A DNA stretch of 60,363 nucleotides, the filler included, from Sphacelaria rigidula (Eukaryota): the NCBI GenBank assembly GCA_964200075.2. It is 6 parts of 6 records of this genome, joined end to end, with 100 filler letters (N's around TTAATTAATTAA, not from the genome) between each part and the next. Parts side by side here need not be neighbours in the genome. Positions count along the whole stretch, not along the records: positions 50,388 to 60,363 come from CAXNAA020007378.1; 5 more parts are not named here. The stretch is one strand, 5' to 3'. The position numbers and the translations under genes are program-made. The notes beneath the pieces are model-generated. The model saw nothing but the letters and a program-made list of their open reading frames with translations, was not told the DNA's origin and searched no databases. How positions within the stretch are numbered: position 1 is the stretch's first letter; the number at the start of each line of letters is the position of its first letter. Positions 50,908 through 60,363 of the stretch are shown piece by piece.

Positions 50908-51420
50908 TCACGGTAGCCTCAATGCACTCACAGCTAGTTCGTTCGAGAATCTCGTGGTATGGCATGTACATCGTGGTACAGTCGGGGGCGCTGGGGCTTG
51001 AGGCAATAGCAGGTAACCTCGATGGGCCTCCCATACCGCGCCGAAATTGTCGTTTGCGGTCGTCCAAGTGACGCAGCCATGAAGCATTGCTTCGATCACT
51101 TCAGTCTCTAGGAGATGAACCTTGATGGCCATGGTGATGTACGGGCTGTCGTATCCCGCTCTGCTGCACTTGTATAAGCACGTCCAGGCCTGGCAAATGC
51201 GGCTGTGGACCTCAGTAGTGACATCGCCGGTGATGCAGCTTTTCCCGCCAAGGTAGACGAAAGACCCAACTTGCTTGTATCTTTGGCCTGCCGTCTCTCC
51301 CTCGACAATATCCGCCTTCATATTTCACGAGCGTATGTGCATGTTGGCCGTCTTATTTTTTGCCACGACGAGGCCGATTGTCGCACATACTTCGACGACG
51401 GTCATCATCATCTTTACCAG
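50908..51420 (-). mobile_element. RTE-clade LINE reverse transcriptase C-terminal fragment (degenerate)
   Basis: VKMMMTVVEVCATIGLVVAKNKT; AGQRYKQVGSFVYLGG; LLETEVIEAMLHGCVTWT. Confidence 0.85.
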
Positions 51421-52096
51421 GCTTACTTGAGAAACTTGCGGCAAAATGTTCCTAATACGCTGTACGCCCTGGAGCGCAGCAAGCAACAAATCGACGAGGG
51501 TGTAGAGAGCCCATCTCAACGGAAGAAAAGTAATCAAACTAAGGTGGAGAAAGCGTTCGAAAACAGCATGTTGATTGGTCGCCGCGATATCACCCCGCCA
51601 CAATCAAACAAAACGGGCACGGGTGGCCACTGGGGTGCCTGCAACCTGAAATATGGACGTTACAGATGTTGCACAAGGCCTGTAACGTCCGAATTTGAGT
51701 TTACAGGCACCCCAGTGGCCACCCGTGGGGGAAACACGGAAAAGTTTGTGCCTCACGTCGCTGAATTATCATCAGCAAGGCAGCTTCGTCCATAACGCAG
51801 GGCAACAAGCATCCTACCCCCCCAGACACCTTCGATATTCCACGGAAAGCCCGACCGAATAGCATCTTCACTGAGAAAAGATTGCTTGTTTGTGTACCGT
51901 ATGCAATACATCTTCAATCAAGGTGCTAGTGGGTCTACCCCTGTATGGGGGGCAGAGTGGCCACGCATGAACTTTGACGGTGTGTTGTGGCAGCTAGACA
52001 GATCATCACCTTTTGTTTTCTCTATCGCACATCTTCAACCCCCTCTTCTTCCTCGGGACGAGTCTGTGGTCTCAACGGATCAACCGATTCCTCTCT

Positions 52097-52525
52097 TCTT
52101 ACAAATTGGGGATGGATCTTTTATTGGGGATGAGAAACTCGGAGAATTAAAATCTTCGTATCCACACCAAATCTTCGAACGATGATTCCATTTCTTCACC
52201 TACTGATAGCTATTGACAACTGCTACACGCCATGGAATTTTGGATTTTAATGACAAAAATGTTGGGGTCCTAGATGAAAAAAAACAATTTCGGAACCATT
52301 TTGGCGTCCGTTCGGACACCCGGAAATCCCGAAAATTGGTTGTTCACGTAGGATCCCAACATTTCGGTAGTCGAACTCCAAATTTCTATGGCATGTAGCA
52401 GTTGTCAACAGCTATCACTAGGTGAAGAAATGGAACCGTATTTCGAAGATTTAGTGTGGATACGAAGATTTGAATTCTCCGGGTTTCTCATCCCCAATAA
52501 AAGATCCATCCCCAATTTGTAAGAT
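52097..52525. mobile_element. ~430-bp near-perfect foldback element
   Basis: TCTTACAAATTGGGGATGGATCTTTTATTGGGGATGAGAAAC... mirrored by ...GTTTCTCATCCCCAATAAAAGATCCATCCCCAATTTGTAAGA; arms of about 190 bp. Confidence 0.9.
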
Positions 52526-53378
52526 CCCGTGCTCTTTCATGATGTACGATTGCATTTTGAAACTTCACTGCTGATGTTTTCCTCATTGCAGCAGGATCAT
52601 TTCTGTGTCACGCGGGATCCACCTTTGTGGACGCGGAATTTGCTCATCGAAATAAGGGCGCTTCGACGGCTGCTCCTTGGTCATTCATGGCAGTTTTTGG
52701 AACGCCCGATGATACAGGAATCGCCACTTATGAGCATTCCACCCTGCTTCTACTACGCCATGTACAGTGAGGGTACGAGGAGTCACCGCTGAAGACTCGA
52801 CTGGGACTCACGTAAAAATGGGTAGAAAGGAACCGCCTCCCCTGAACCCAGAAAAGACACCACCAATGTGTAAATTAACAAACCCAGAACCTAAATTCCG
52901 CTGTCTAGAGATCAACATAGAAGGAAAAAAAATGAAACTAAGGTACTGGTGTCCACATTTAAGCGGCGTACCTTGGAAACAAGAGCCTTGTCAGCCGGCG
53001 GCGATATCTTCCGTGTACCGCACGGGTACTCTCGACACGTTCAATCCTTGGTACGACCGGAGGTGTTTCCGTACTATACTCGTGCGGTACTCGTAAGTCG
53101 CCTGAATCACGCTGAACTGATGTGTGTGCGCCAGTGTACCTGTTCTGAACAAGAGTTATTACTGTAGCTCCCCTCATATTATGCAAAACCCTACTCCGCC
53201 TCCGACCATCGCGTGGAATGACGATTCAGAAGGCAACACGATCCAAGAGAAAACAGAGCAATCAAACGCTACGCGAGGAAGTACGACACGCTATTTGTCT
53301 GCCCTCACATTTTTTTGCGCGTCTCGTCGATGTTCACAAAAATAACGAACACAAAACTCGCGGAGCGTGACACCCCAG

Positions 53379-53687
53379 TCACCCGACGGAATATTCTCCC
53401 GCCACTAATAGCGCTTTGACCTTCTCGTCCCACAAACTCGGAAAGAGACCCCGTTCTTCTTGTCTTTTTCTTCTCGTACTCTTTTTCCTCCTCTTGCCTA
53501 GTCGCGTTTGTTTTCCGGGCAGGAGTGCGGCGACCGTTCCGTCCGCAAGTCCCACCAACACGTAGCTCAAGTCTGGGTGAGCCGTGATCGCCGTTACCGG
53601 AAGATCCAAAGGCGGTGCCGTCGCCACCACCTGCAAAGCGGCCCAAGATTCTGATGGGGGCGCCTCCGCTGCTCCGCTCTCGATCAC
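53379..53687 (-). CDS. WD40-like protein, terminal exon (VTAITAHPDLSYVLVGLADGTV)
   Basis: Beta-propeller blade pattern; phase-0 acceptor at 53687 (alternative ttgcag near 53631); stop at 53379. Confidence 0.6.
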   Translation of the reverse strand: MIESGAAEAPPSESWAALQVVATAPPLDLPVTAITAHPDLSYVLVGLADGTVAALLPGKQTRLGKRRKKSTRRKRQEERGLFPSLWDEKVKALLVAGEYSVG

Positions 53688-53884
53688 CTTGGAGGTTAGG
53701 ATTCACATTAATGCGGCTTGAGACGGAAGCACACGAGAAACTAAATTCGCGCAGTTCTCGTTTATACTCACTTCTTCTGTCGGAGTTCGGGTGCATTCGA
53801 GGTAGTTACCGTACCCCATTGGCCAAATAAATGCTACACTGCGTTACGCTGTACACAGAAGCAGCGTCGCTAGATGGTAGTTTC

Positions 53885-55132
53885 CTAGGTTGTGTTTTGT
53901 AGGGTACGGCGTTTTGTATACCCGGGGTATTTTCTGGGGTATTGCCCCGTACCCGATAGTTCTGTGACTTCTGCAAGACTCTCATACCGGTATCCGAGAG
54001 TACTGCAACTTATATGGGACTTTCATACAGGTACCCGATAGTTCTGTGAGCTCTGTCAGCCCCCCATACCCTTACCGGGGGCACAGGTATATCACTATTA
54101 AAATACCCGGTCGCAAGTACGGTTTTACGTGCAACCTCCATACCGTACCCAACAAGTTTTGTAACTTGTGAAAGACTTTCATACCGGTACCCGACAGTTC
54201 TGTATCTTCTCAAACACTTCCATACCGATACCCGATAGTATTGCAACTTCTGTGAGCCTCCCATATCGCTACTCGAGTTTAGGGTATACCCTTGTAGATG
54301 TACCCAATGTAGGTACGAGCACAGGTATGTACCATGGGGGGCGAGAATGTACGTTTCATCCCGACACAGTCCGATAAAACTGAAATTGTACCCCGAACCC
54401 CCATCAAACACCCTTCCATGGTTCAGTCAACGAACACCCACAAAAAATCTAATCTGTGAACGTCGTACACTCTCTAATCTGTGAACGTCGTACACTGACG
54501 GGTTAGGGGATACCGCTGAGTTGAAACACGGAACATGAGCAGCACTGCAGGCCGTCAGGGTGGATTCCCCCCATAGTCGGGTGCTGACGCGAGCGGGGGC
54601 GGTTCATCAACGGGGATCAAGTAGCAAGATGCAGGGCATCGATGTTGACGCTGGTGCAAGGTTGTGTTCTGCAGGGTACGCTTTTGTATACCCGGAAAAA
54701 ATACCCGGGGTATTTTTCCGCGTATAAATACCCGTGCCCGACAGCTTTGTGACCACTGTAAGATTTCCATACCCGTACCCGATTTTTTCGTTTCTTCTTG
54801 AATACTTTTATACCGGTACCAGATAGCTATGTGAGTTCTGTAAGCCTCCCATACCTGAACCCCACAATTTTATAAGTTCAGTACAAAATGGATACCCTTA
54901 ACCATGGCGCGGGTATACCCTTATAAAAACACCCGGTTGCGGCTCCGGTTTTCTGTACAACATTCATATCCCACCCGACAAGTGCTGAGTTATGTAAGCC
55001 TCCCGTATCCTACTCGACGGGTTCTGTAACCTCAGTGTAAGACTTTCATACCTGTACCCGATGGTACTGTAAGTTCTGTAAGGAATCTCGCACCCTACTG
55101 AACATACCCGTACCCAACAGAACACAACCTTG
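53885..55132. mobile_element. hAT-like non-autonomous element (AGGTTGTGTT.TG / CAGAACACAACCT TIRs) with a second internal left end at 54657
   Basis: TIRs; degenerate 8-bp TSD GTAGTTTC/GCAGATTC; ATACCCGTACCC / GTTCTGTAAG motif arrays. Confidence 0.75.
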
Positions 55133-55209
55133 GCAGATTCACACTGAACCAACGCTGTCATCGTTGACAGCACGTTCATGCTCACTTTCGAAAAATAGTT
55201 GCCGGTTAC

Positions 55210-56814
55210 CTGCTCTTCCGTGTCGGATTCGATATCATCTTCCGAGTCGGCGCCGGTGCCGTCCGCTGCAAGCGAAGAAGGATCAAACCTATTCGGACGG
55301 GTCGAGTGGCGCGAAGCCGACGCCGCCGTCGGCATTTGTGCGTCGCCGAAAACAGCTTTCAACTTCGCAAATATGCGCACACCGTTGGTGGGACACCACG
55401 AACGATCCCAACAAGAGGTAGAGGGATGGAAATCAGCGGCAGAGGTATGACTTTGCGATCGGCTGCTGCGATCGGCGTCACCGCTCCCCTGGCTCTGCTG
55501 CGGGGGTCGATTCTGCTGCATGCCACGCCGCTCGTGGAGGGCCTGTCCATCAGACCTGGCACTCCCTCCTGTACTTCGTCGACCATTCCCTTCCGATAAA
55601 ACGGGCACGTGATCTTTTCCATCGCTTCCCGTCAATTGCCCGTCGCGCGACCTCCGGTCGGATTGCTCCACCTCACGAACCCCCTCGTCAATCGGCATCG
55701 AACTCGATCCAGAAAGCTCGCCGTTAACATGCACAATCGTCGGGGGTTGAGACGCCGACTCTATGGATTCTCGCTCCCCACTTCCATCCCCGCCACCTCG
55801 GCTTCGTTCCGCACCATCCTCCGCCAACATCGCCTCATCCTCGTCAAGTCGAACAAGCGGGCCACGGTACTTTCGGTCCAAGACCACAGTCATGCCGTCG
55901 GATCCCATGGCCTCAATCGAATGTTCCTCCCCAGCGATCATGACTGAAGAGGTCACCAAGCGCGTGCGTAGCAGCCGCATGTCCGCGCGGGTGCACAAGA
56001 AACCACGTGCATCGGCTGAGAGCTCCAAGGCGCTCTGCCCGGGCGTCGCCCGCTTCACCGTCATCGGAAGAACCAGCTCGTAACCCCCGGAGGCAGCCAC
56101 CCTGAACCCACCACCGCCGGCTTCCCCCAGAGCCCACCCTGGCCCGGGCCGTAGGCTCGAATCGCGCCCGCCTTTGCGCGATGCATCAAGACCTACCCGG
56201 GCCGACGTCGCCAGGTACACCAGCCGCGCTCCCTCGCCGCCATCTGCCTGTGGCGGAGACAACGACAACGGATACTGAGACCACGCCACGAAACCTTCCC
56301 CCCATGCTCCGCCCGCCCCAGCCGGGCAAAAAAGCGTGGGAACGGTGGAGCTCTGCGGTGATGTTGGCGAAGGCACGTTTCGTGGCGCCGTCATGCCCAA
56401 GACTCTCCCGAGGCGCGTGTCAAATACCACCAGGCGGCCGCTTCGAAGCCCGCAGACGACTACCCCCACGGCGTGCGCGCGGCTGCGGTGGACAGTGCGG
56501 ATCCGCAAAGCCCCCGGTGCGCTAGCACCGTCGAATATTTTGTTCCCGCTGCTGCTGCTACTACTGCTGCTGCCGCCGCCGCCTCCTCCCCACACACGCG
56601 CGTCGCCAAGAAACCACTGGCCTATGCGCTCCGCCGACTTACCGGAACCGAAAGCCTTGACGGTGGGAGCCCGGAGGGAGAACGTTGTGATGATGCCTCC
56701 GTCCGTGCCGATAACCGCTACATCCGGCGATATGCAGCACACAGCAGTGATGTCGGCGCGGGGGCTAAGCCAGCCTACAAAAGCCCCACGGGGGGAACCA
56801 CTGCTTGGAGTCAC
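55210..56814 (-). CDS. WD40-like protein, large internal exon (535 codons)
   Basis: cgtcag acceptor and CAG|gtaacc donor, phase 0/0; ITAVCCISPDVAVIGTDGGIITTF and VVVCGLRSGRLVVFDTR blades. Confidence 0.75.
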
Positions 56815-58029
56815 CTGACGTGGGACCGGCGGAGGGAAGGCAGACGGGACGGTGGGAAGGAGGAATGGGTGGGGCAGGCGCGGCGGCGGTCAAGGCGGTC
56901 GTGGCGGTGGCTGAAGGCGGCAGTGGTAGTGACAGTGGGCGTCAGCAGCTTCCAGAAAATAGGTGGTACGCGAACGAAAGGGTGGGAAACTTGCGCGGAC
57001 AGGAGCCATTCGCGGGTAAACGGTCGGCACCTGACTCTTCGAGTTCTGCGCACGAAAACAGCGCTTACGGCTTCACGACAGTTATGGGTGCGGCTGCCCC
57101 CCTAAAATGGGCAAACAAGTGTCACCGACCAAAAAACACGAAGAGACCGCAGATCTTGTTCATCCCCTGATAATAAACGCCGTAAATCACCCAGAGTACT
57201 CGTTATTTGAGTGGGGTTTCCACCCCACAGTTTCCGAATTCTCGTCCCAGACTACGAACCACGGCGTGCGTCGGCTGCTCACTGGCGTGTAGTTGTCCAA
57301 ACTACAATCTGACATAATTGTGCTACCAAAGAAGTGATGGTGATCGAGAAAACCGCAAAAAAGCACACGCTTTATTCCACTTAACTCCTAATAAAACTCA
57401 GATCCTGGTGAGATAAAAAAAACAAAATCGTTCGGTCAAGTTTTAGCTGTCATTTGGGCGGAGATGATGCAAAAAGTCGCATTCCAATCGATGGCTTTGG
57501 CGATGAGTATTTGAGGAAACGGTTTGGGCTGTGAGCGCAAACAAGCGCCTCAAACCCTCGCCAGTTTCCACGATACGCGAAAACCTCATCCCTGTCAAAC
57601 GGTCTCAGAATAGAATACACCCATGAATGACTCTTGATGGTGCAGATGGTTGGTACATCGGATGTGTGGAATAATCGACAGGTGTGGAATTTGAACCTTC
57701 GATCGACCCCTCATAGGCTGTGCCTGCGAGACATATACCCTCGGCTGTGCATCGCTCGTGTCGGTGGGAAGAGTAGCGTTCGTTCTCCTGCAACCAGTGC
57801 AATCATCACGCCACCCTCGACAGCGTATCTTAGTATCTAATCTTACTTGGCGGCAAGCATGAGCAAACTGAAGTAGAAGAGAAAGCCACAGCGTAAGCTG
57901 GCTTTCAAGAAAAGAAGAGCAGTATATTGAACGCAATGGCAACACACTCCAACAGCCGTCAATAGTGGGCCGTACGAACGAAAGCAAGAATCTTCGCGAT
58001 CATGCAGCAGCGAAGCGAACAAATTATAA

Positions 58030-58200
58030 CACCAACACTGACCCTAGGATCCTAACCACAACGAAGGCATACCGAGGACCCTCGGGCAAGGGGGTTGCAA
58101 AGTGTTCCTTCGGCGAAGTGTGCGTTGCCAGACCTCAAATCGGCGCTTGCGGCGCCGGTTTAGACAAAAACGCGTTCTGCGCACGCTATGAGTACAGCCT
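58030..58200 (-). mobile_element. MITE family A copy 3 (inverted, partial)
   Basis: GGCATACCGAG.A.CCTCGGGCAAGGGGG.TGCAAAGTGTTCC...GCGTTGCCAGA.CTCAAATCG is the reverse complement of the 9582-9887 body. Confidence 0.7.
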
Positions 58201-59744
58201 CCGTTGAATAGCCTGGTTTCGGTGTCCACATTAAAATCAAGATATGCTAAGTTACCCTCCCGAATGGTGAACTATATGCGTCAAGACGGCACAAAAGACA
58301 GCACAAAGTCGTGGGCCCACTTTTGCTGAAGCACTCTTGCTGAAGCCACATGGCAACGAAGCCCCACTCATGTCTTTCAGTGGACCCGCCCGTCCCAAGA
58401 CACGCGTCTGTTGTAATTGGCACCGGTGGGTGATGCACGACGGTTTGTTTTTATTCCCTCTTGGAGCATAAATATCTTCGGAGTCCGATTAATATCATGT
58501 TCATGAAATGAAAAGCCATGTAGACGGAATAACAAATACACTTGCACAAGGCGAGTCATTCATCCGCCAAAAATTGCGGAACGATGACATCCGATTAATC
58601 AAGCTCCTCAAAACATGACGAGGTGGTCGCCCAACATCCACCCAGCCCACATCACACATCCGGCGACTGTTTGTACTCCACTCGTCTGTGCGAGGGACGT
58701 CCTCATTGAAGTTCATCAGTACATATGGCTCTCTCGCATGTTGAGCACATGATGTTGACCCAATTTCGATCCGTATCCCTCCCAAAAAGTAGTTCAGCGT
58801 ACTGGTTTTGCGGACCCCTTTGGAGCGACTGCGCAAAGTTGGCGGCGGCGTCTGAAATGTTCTTGGCGTGACCAAAGCGATAGACGCTAACACGTGAGTA
58901 CAGTATTTCGCGTGCTACGTGCGCAACTACGACTGCTGGGACGACGAGACATGGGCTACCACGCAAGATGGGGCTTACAGCGTCCGAGTGTCTGCTGCCT
59001 TGCGTTTGCTTTTGTTTCCCCAGCGCATTCATTTTTCCCTCAGACCATGATTTCCGTTGTTGTTCCTCATATATTGCATACCACTACGTCGCTTTTCATC
59101 CACGCTTGCGATACGCTGGAATGTCAGTGACATCCACTGTAGGGTTCTGATTTCAGAATGCAGTACACTTTTTTTTCGATATTAATCTTGGATTCATGTC
59201 GTTCTCTTTCGATGACGTATGGCGCATTTTACCCCACGAGCCCGCATAAGCCGCAAGAGTCGGTCTATTCGTGGCTGTTCGTGATTTTGGTCGATGCCTC
59301 TTGATTTGCCCATTTGGGGGAGTCAGGCGCCCCCATAACAGTGCTAGAAAAAAACGTCGCACAAAATCTTCACCTAGATCAATCTGTCATGAATGAACAC
59401 TTGTGTCGCATGAAAAAAGCATGTCTGACACGGGCACACTTAAACGAATAGGTCGACGTGTTCGGTGCCAAGAACCCAACCCCAAACCCAAACCCAAACC
59501 CAAAAATTGCAACCACCAACCGCAACACGCTCAATCCCACCAGCACTTCATCAGTAACACTCGCTGCCCTCGATTCGATTGAGTGAGTGACTGATTGATT
59601 GTCGCATAATAGTTGATCCCCCAGAGTCGTGATCCAGCCGCTGTCACATGATGGACGCACCCGAAATTGAATAGAACGGCGGAAACACTCGCGGAATGAA
59701 AGCGAAGAAAGCACATGGGAGAAAAAAGACAAACACTAAAGACT

Positions 59745-59875
59745 AAAAAAAGAATGAAAAAAAATAGAAATGGCCAACTTCTGCAACAATATCAGGACAA
59801 AGAGTGAAAAAAATGAAAAAAAAAGGAATGGCCAACTTCTGCAACAATATCAGGAATAAGAGTGGAAAAAAAAAC
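59745..59875. repeat. Tandem duplication, ~59-bp period
   Basis: AATGGCCAACTTCTGCAACAATATCAGGA occurs twice. Confidence 0.85.
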
Positions 59876-59887
59876 AGGGTCGCGCAC

Positions 59888-60153
59888 CTGAAGGTACGGC
59901 GACAGCGCTCCCGCCGTGCTGGGGCCCAACCGCCACACGCGGAATACCCCGCCCCTCCCCCCGGCAACCACGCGCAATTCCCTCCACTTAGACCCACCAG
60001 ACTGCGCCTGTCTCGCCAATTCCACAAACTCGAAGGATGTGTGCCCGAGGCCTCGAATCGCGCCGGGGGCAGCTGAACCAACACCATGTACCAGGGGACA
60101 ACAGCCGAAGAGAGGGCGGAGAAGATGTAGAGCGATGTCCATGTACCTGGGCT
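59888..60153 (-). CDS. WD40-like protein, upstream exon (..LRVVAGGRGGVFRVWRL..YLQ)
   Basis: WD-type blade ending; CAG|gtgcgc donor in phase 0, compatible with the acceptor at 56814; acceptor position uncertain. Confidence 0.6.
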
Positions 60154-60363
60154 CTGTACGTTCAAGATGTGTATCTGGGCAAGTTTTTGAGAGACGCGTC
60201 GTATAGCTCATCTTGCCATGCAGAGATGACGGCACGCGGCCAGAAAAACTTACCGCACGAAGGCAGTGAATATCGGGAATTCCTGCTAAGACACTTTCTA
60301 CAATAGCCCCCCCCCCAAAACCAGCCCAAAAGTGTCACGAAAAAAATGGCCATACAGCGCCTG

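Noticed and set aside
54964..55209. C-terminal 80 aa of the 616-aa ORF
   Set aside because: Reads through a donor site at 55209 into the intron and the MITE.
59474..59503. (CCCAAA)n as a telomere
   Set aside because: Only about four imperfect internal units, not at a contig end.

Overview
Eukaryotic, intron-rich and repeat-rich DNA. The GC-rich exons, multi-kb introns and repeat styles suggest a brown alga (Phaeophyceae), but that is an inference. The window is not one locus: it is six contigs of 9976-9978 bp joined by identical artificial 100-nt spacers (44 N + TTAATTAATTAA + 44 N). Contig 1 holds the 3' exons of a Y-family DNA polymerase eta-like gene (little-finger end, UBM, two PIP-like boxes) with a hAT derivative in its last intron. 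Contig 2 holds four internal exons of a DHX34-like DEAH helicase whose introns carry tRNA-headed SINEs and MITEs. Contig 3 holds a Copia remnant and the 3' part of a chromodomain-bearing Gypsy element with a probable LTR. Contig 4 is mostly repeats plus a few orphan exon candidates. Contig 5 holds a Copia remnant with a nested SINE and two divergent candidate first exons, one Sec6/EXOC3-like. Contig 6 holds an RTE LINE fragment, a 430-bp foldback and the 3' exons of a WD40-like gene. I found no convincing novel multi-gene system. The most interesting signals are the Pol eta tail architecture, a SINE/LINE shared-tail network and several unclassified non-autonomous elements.
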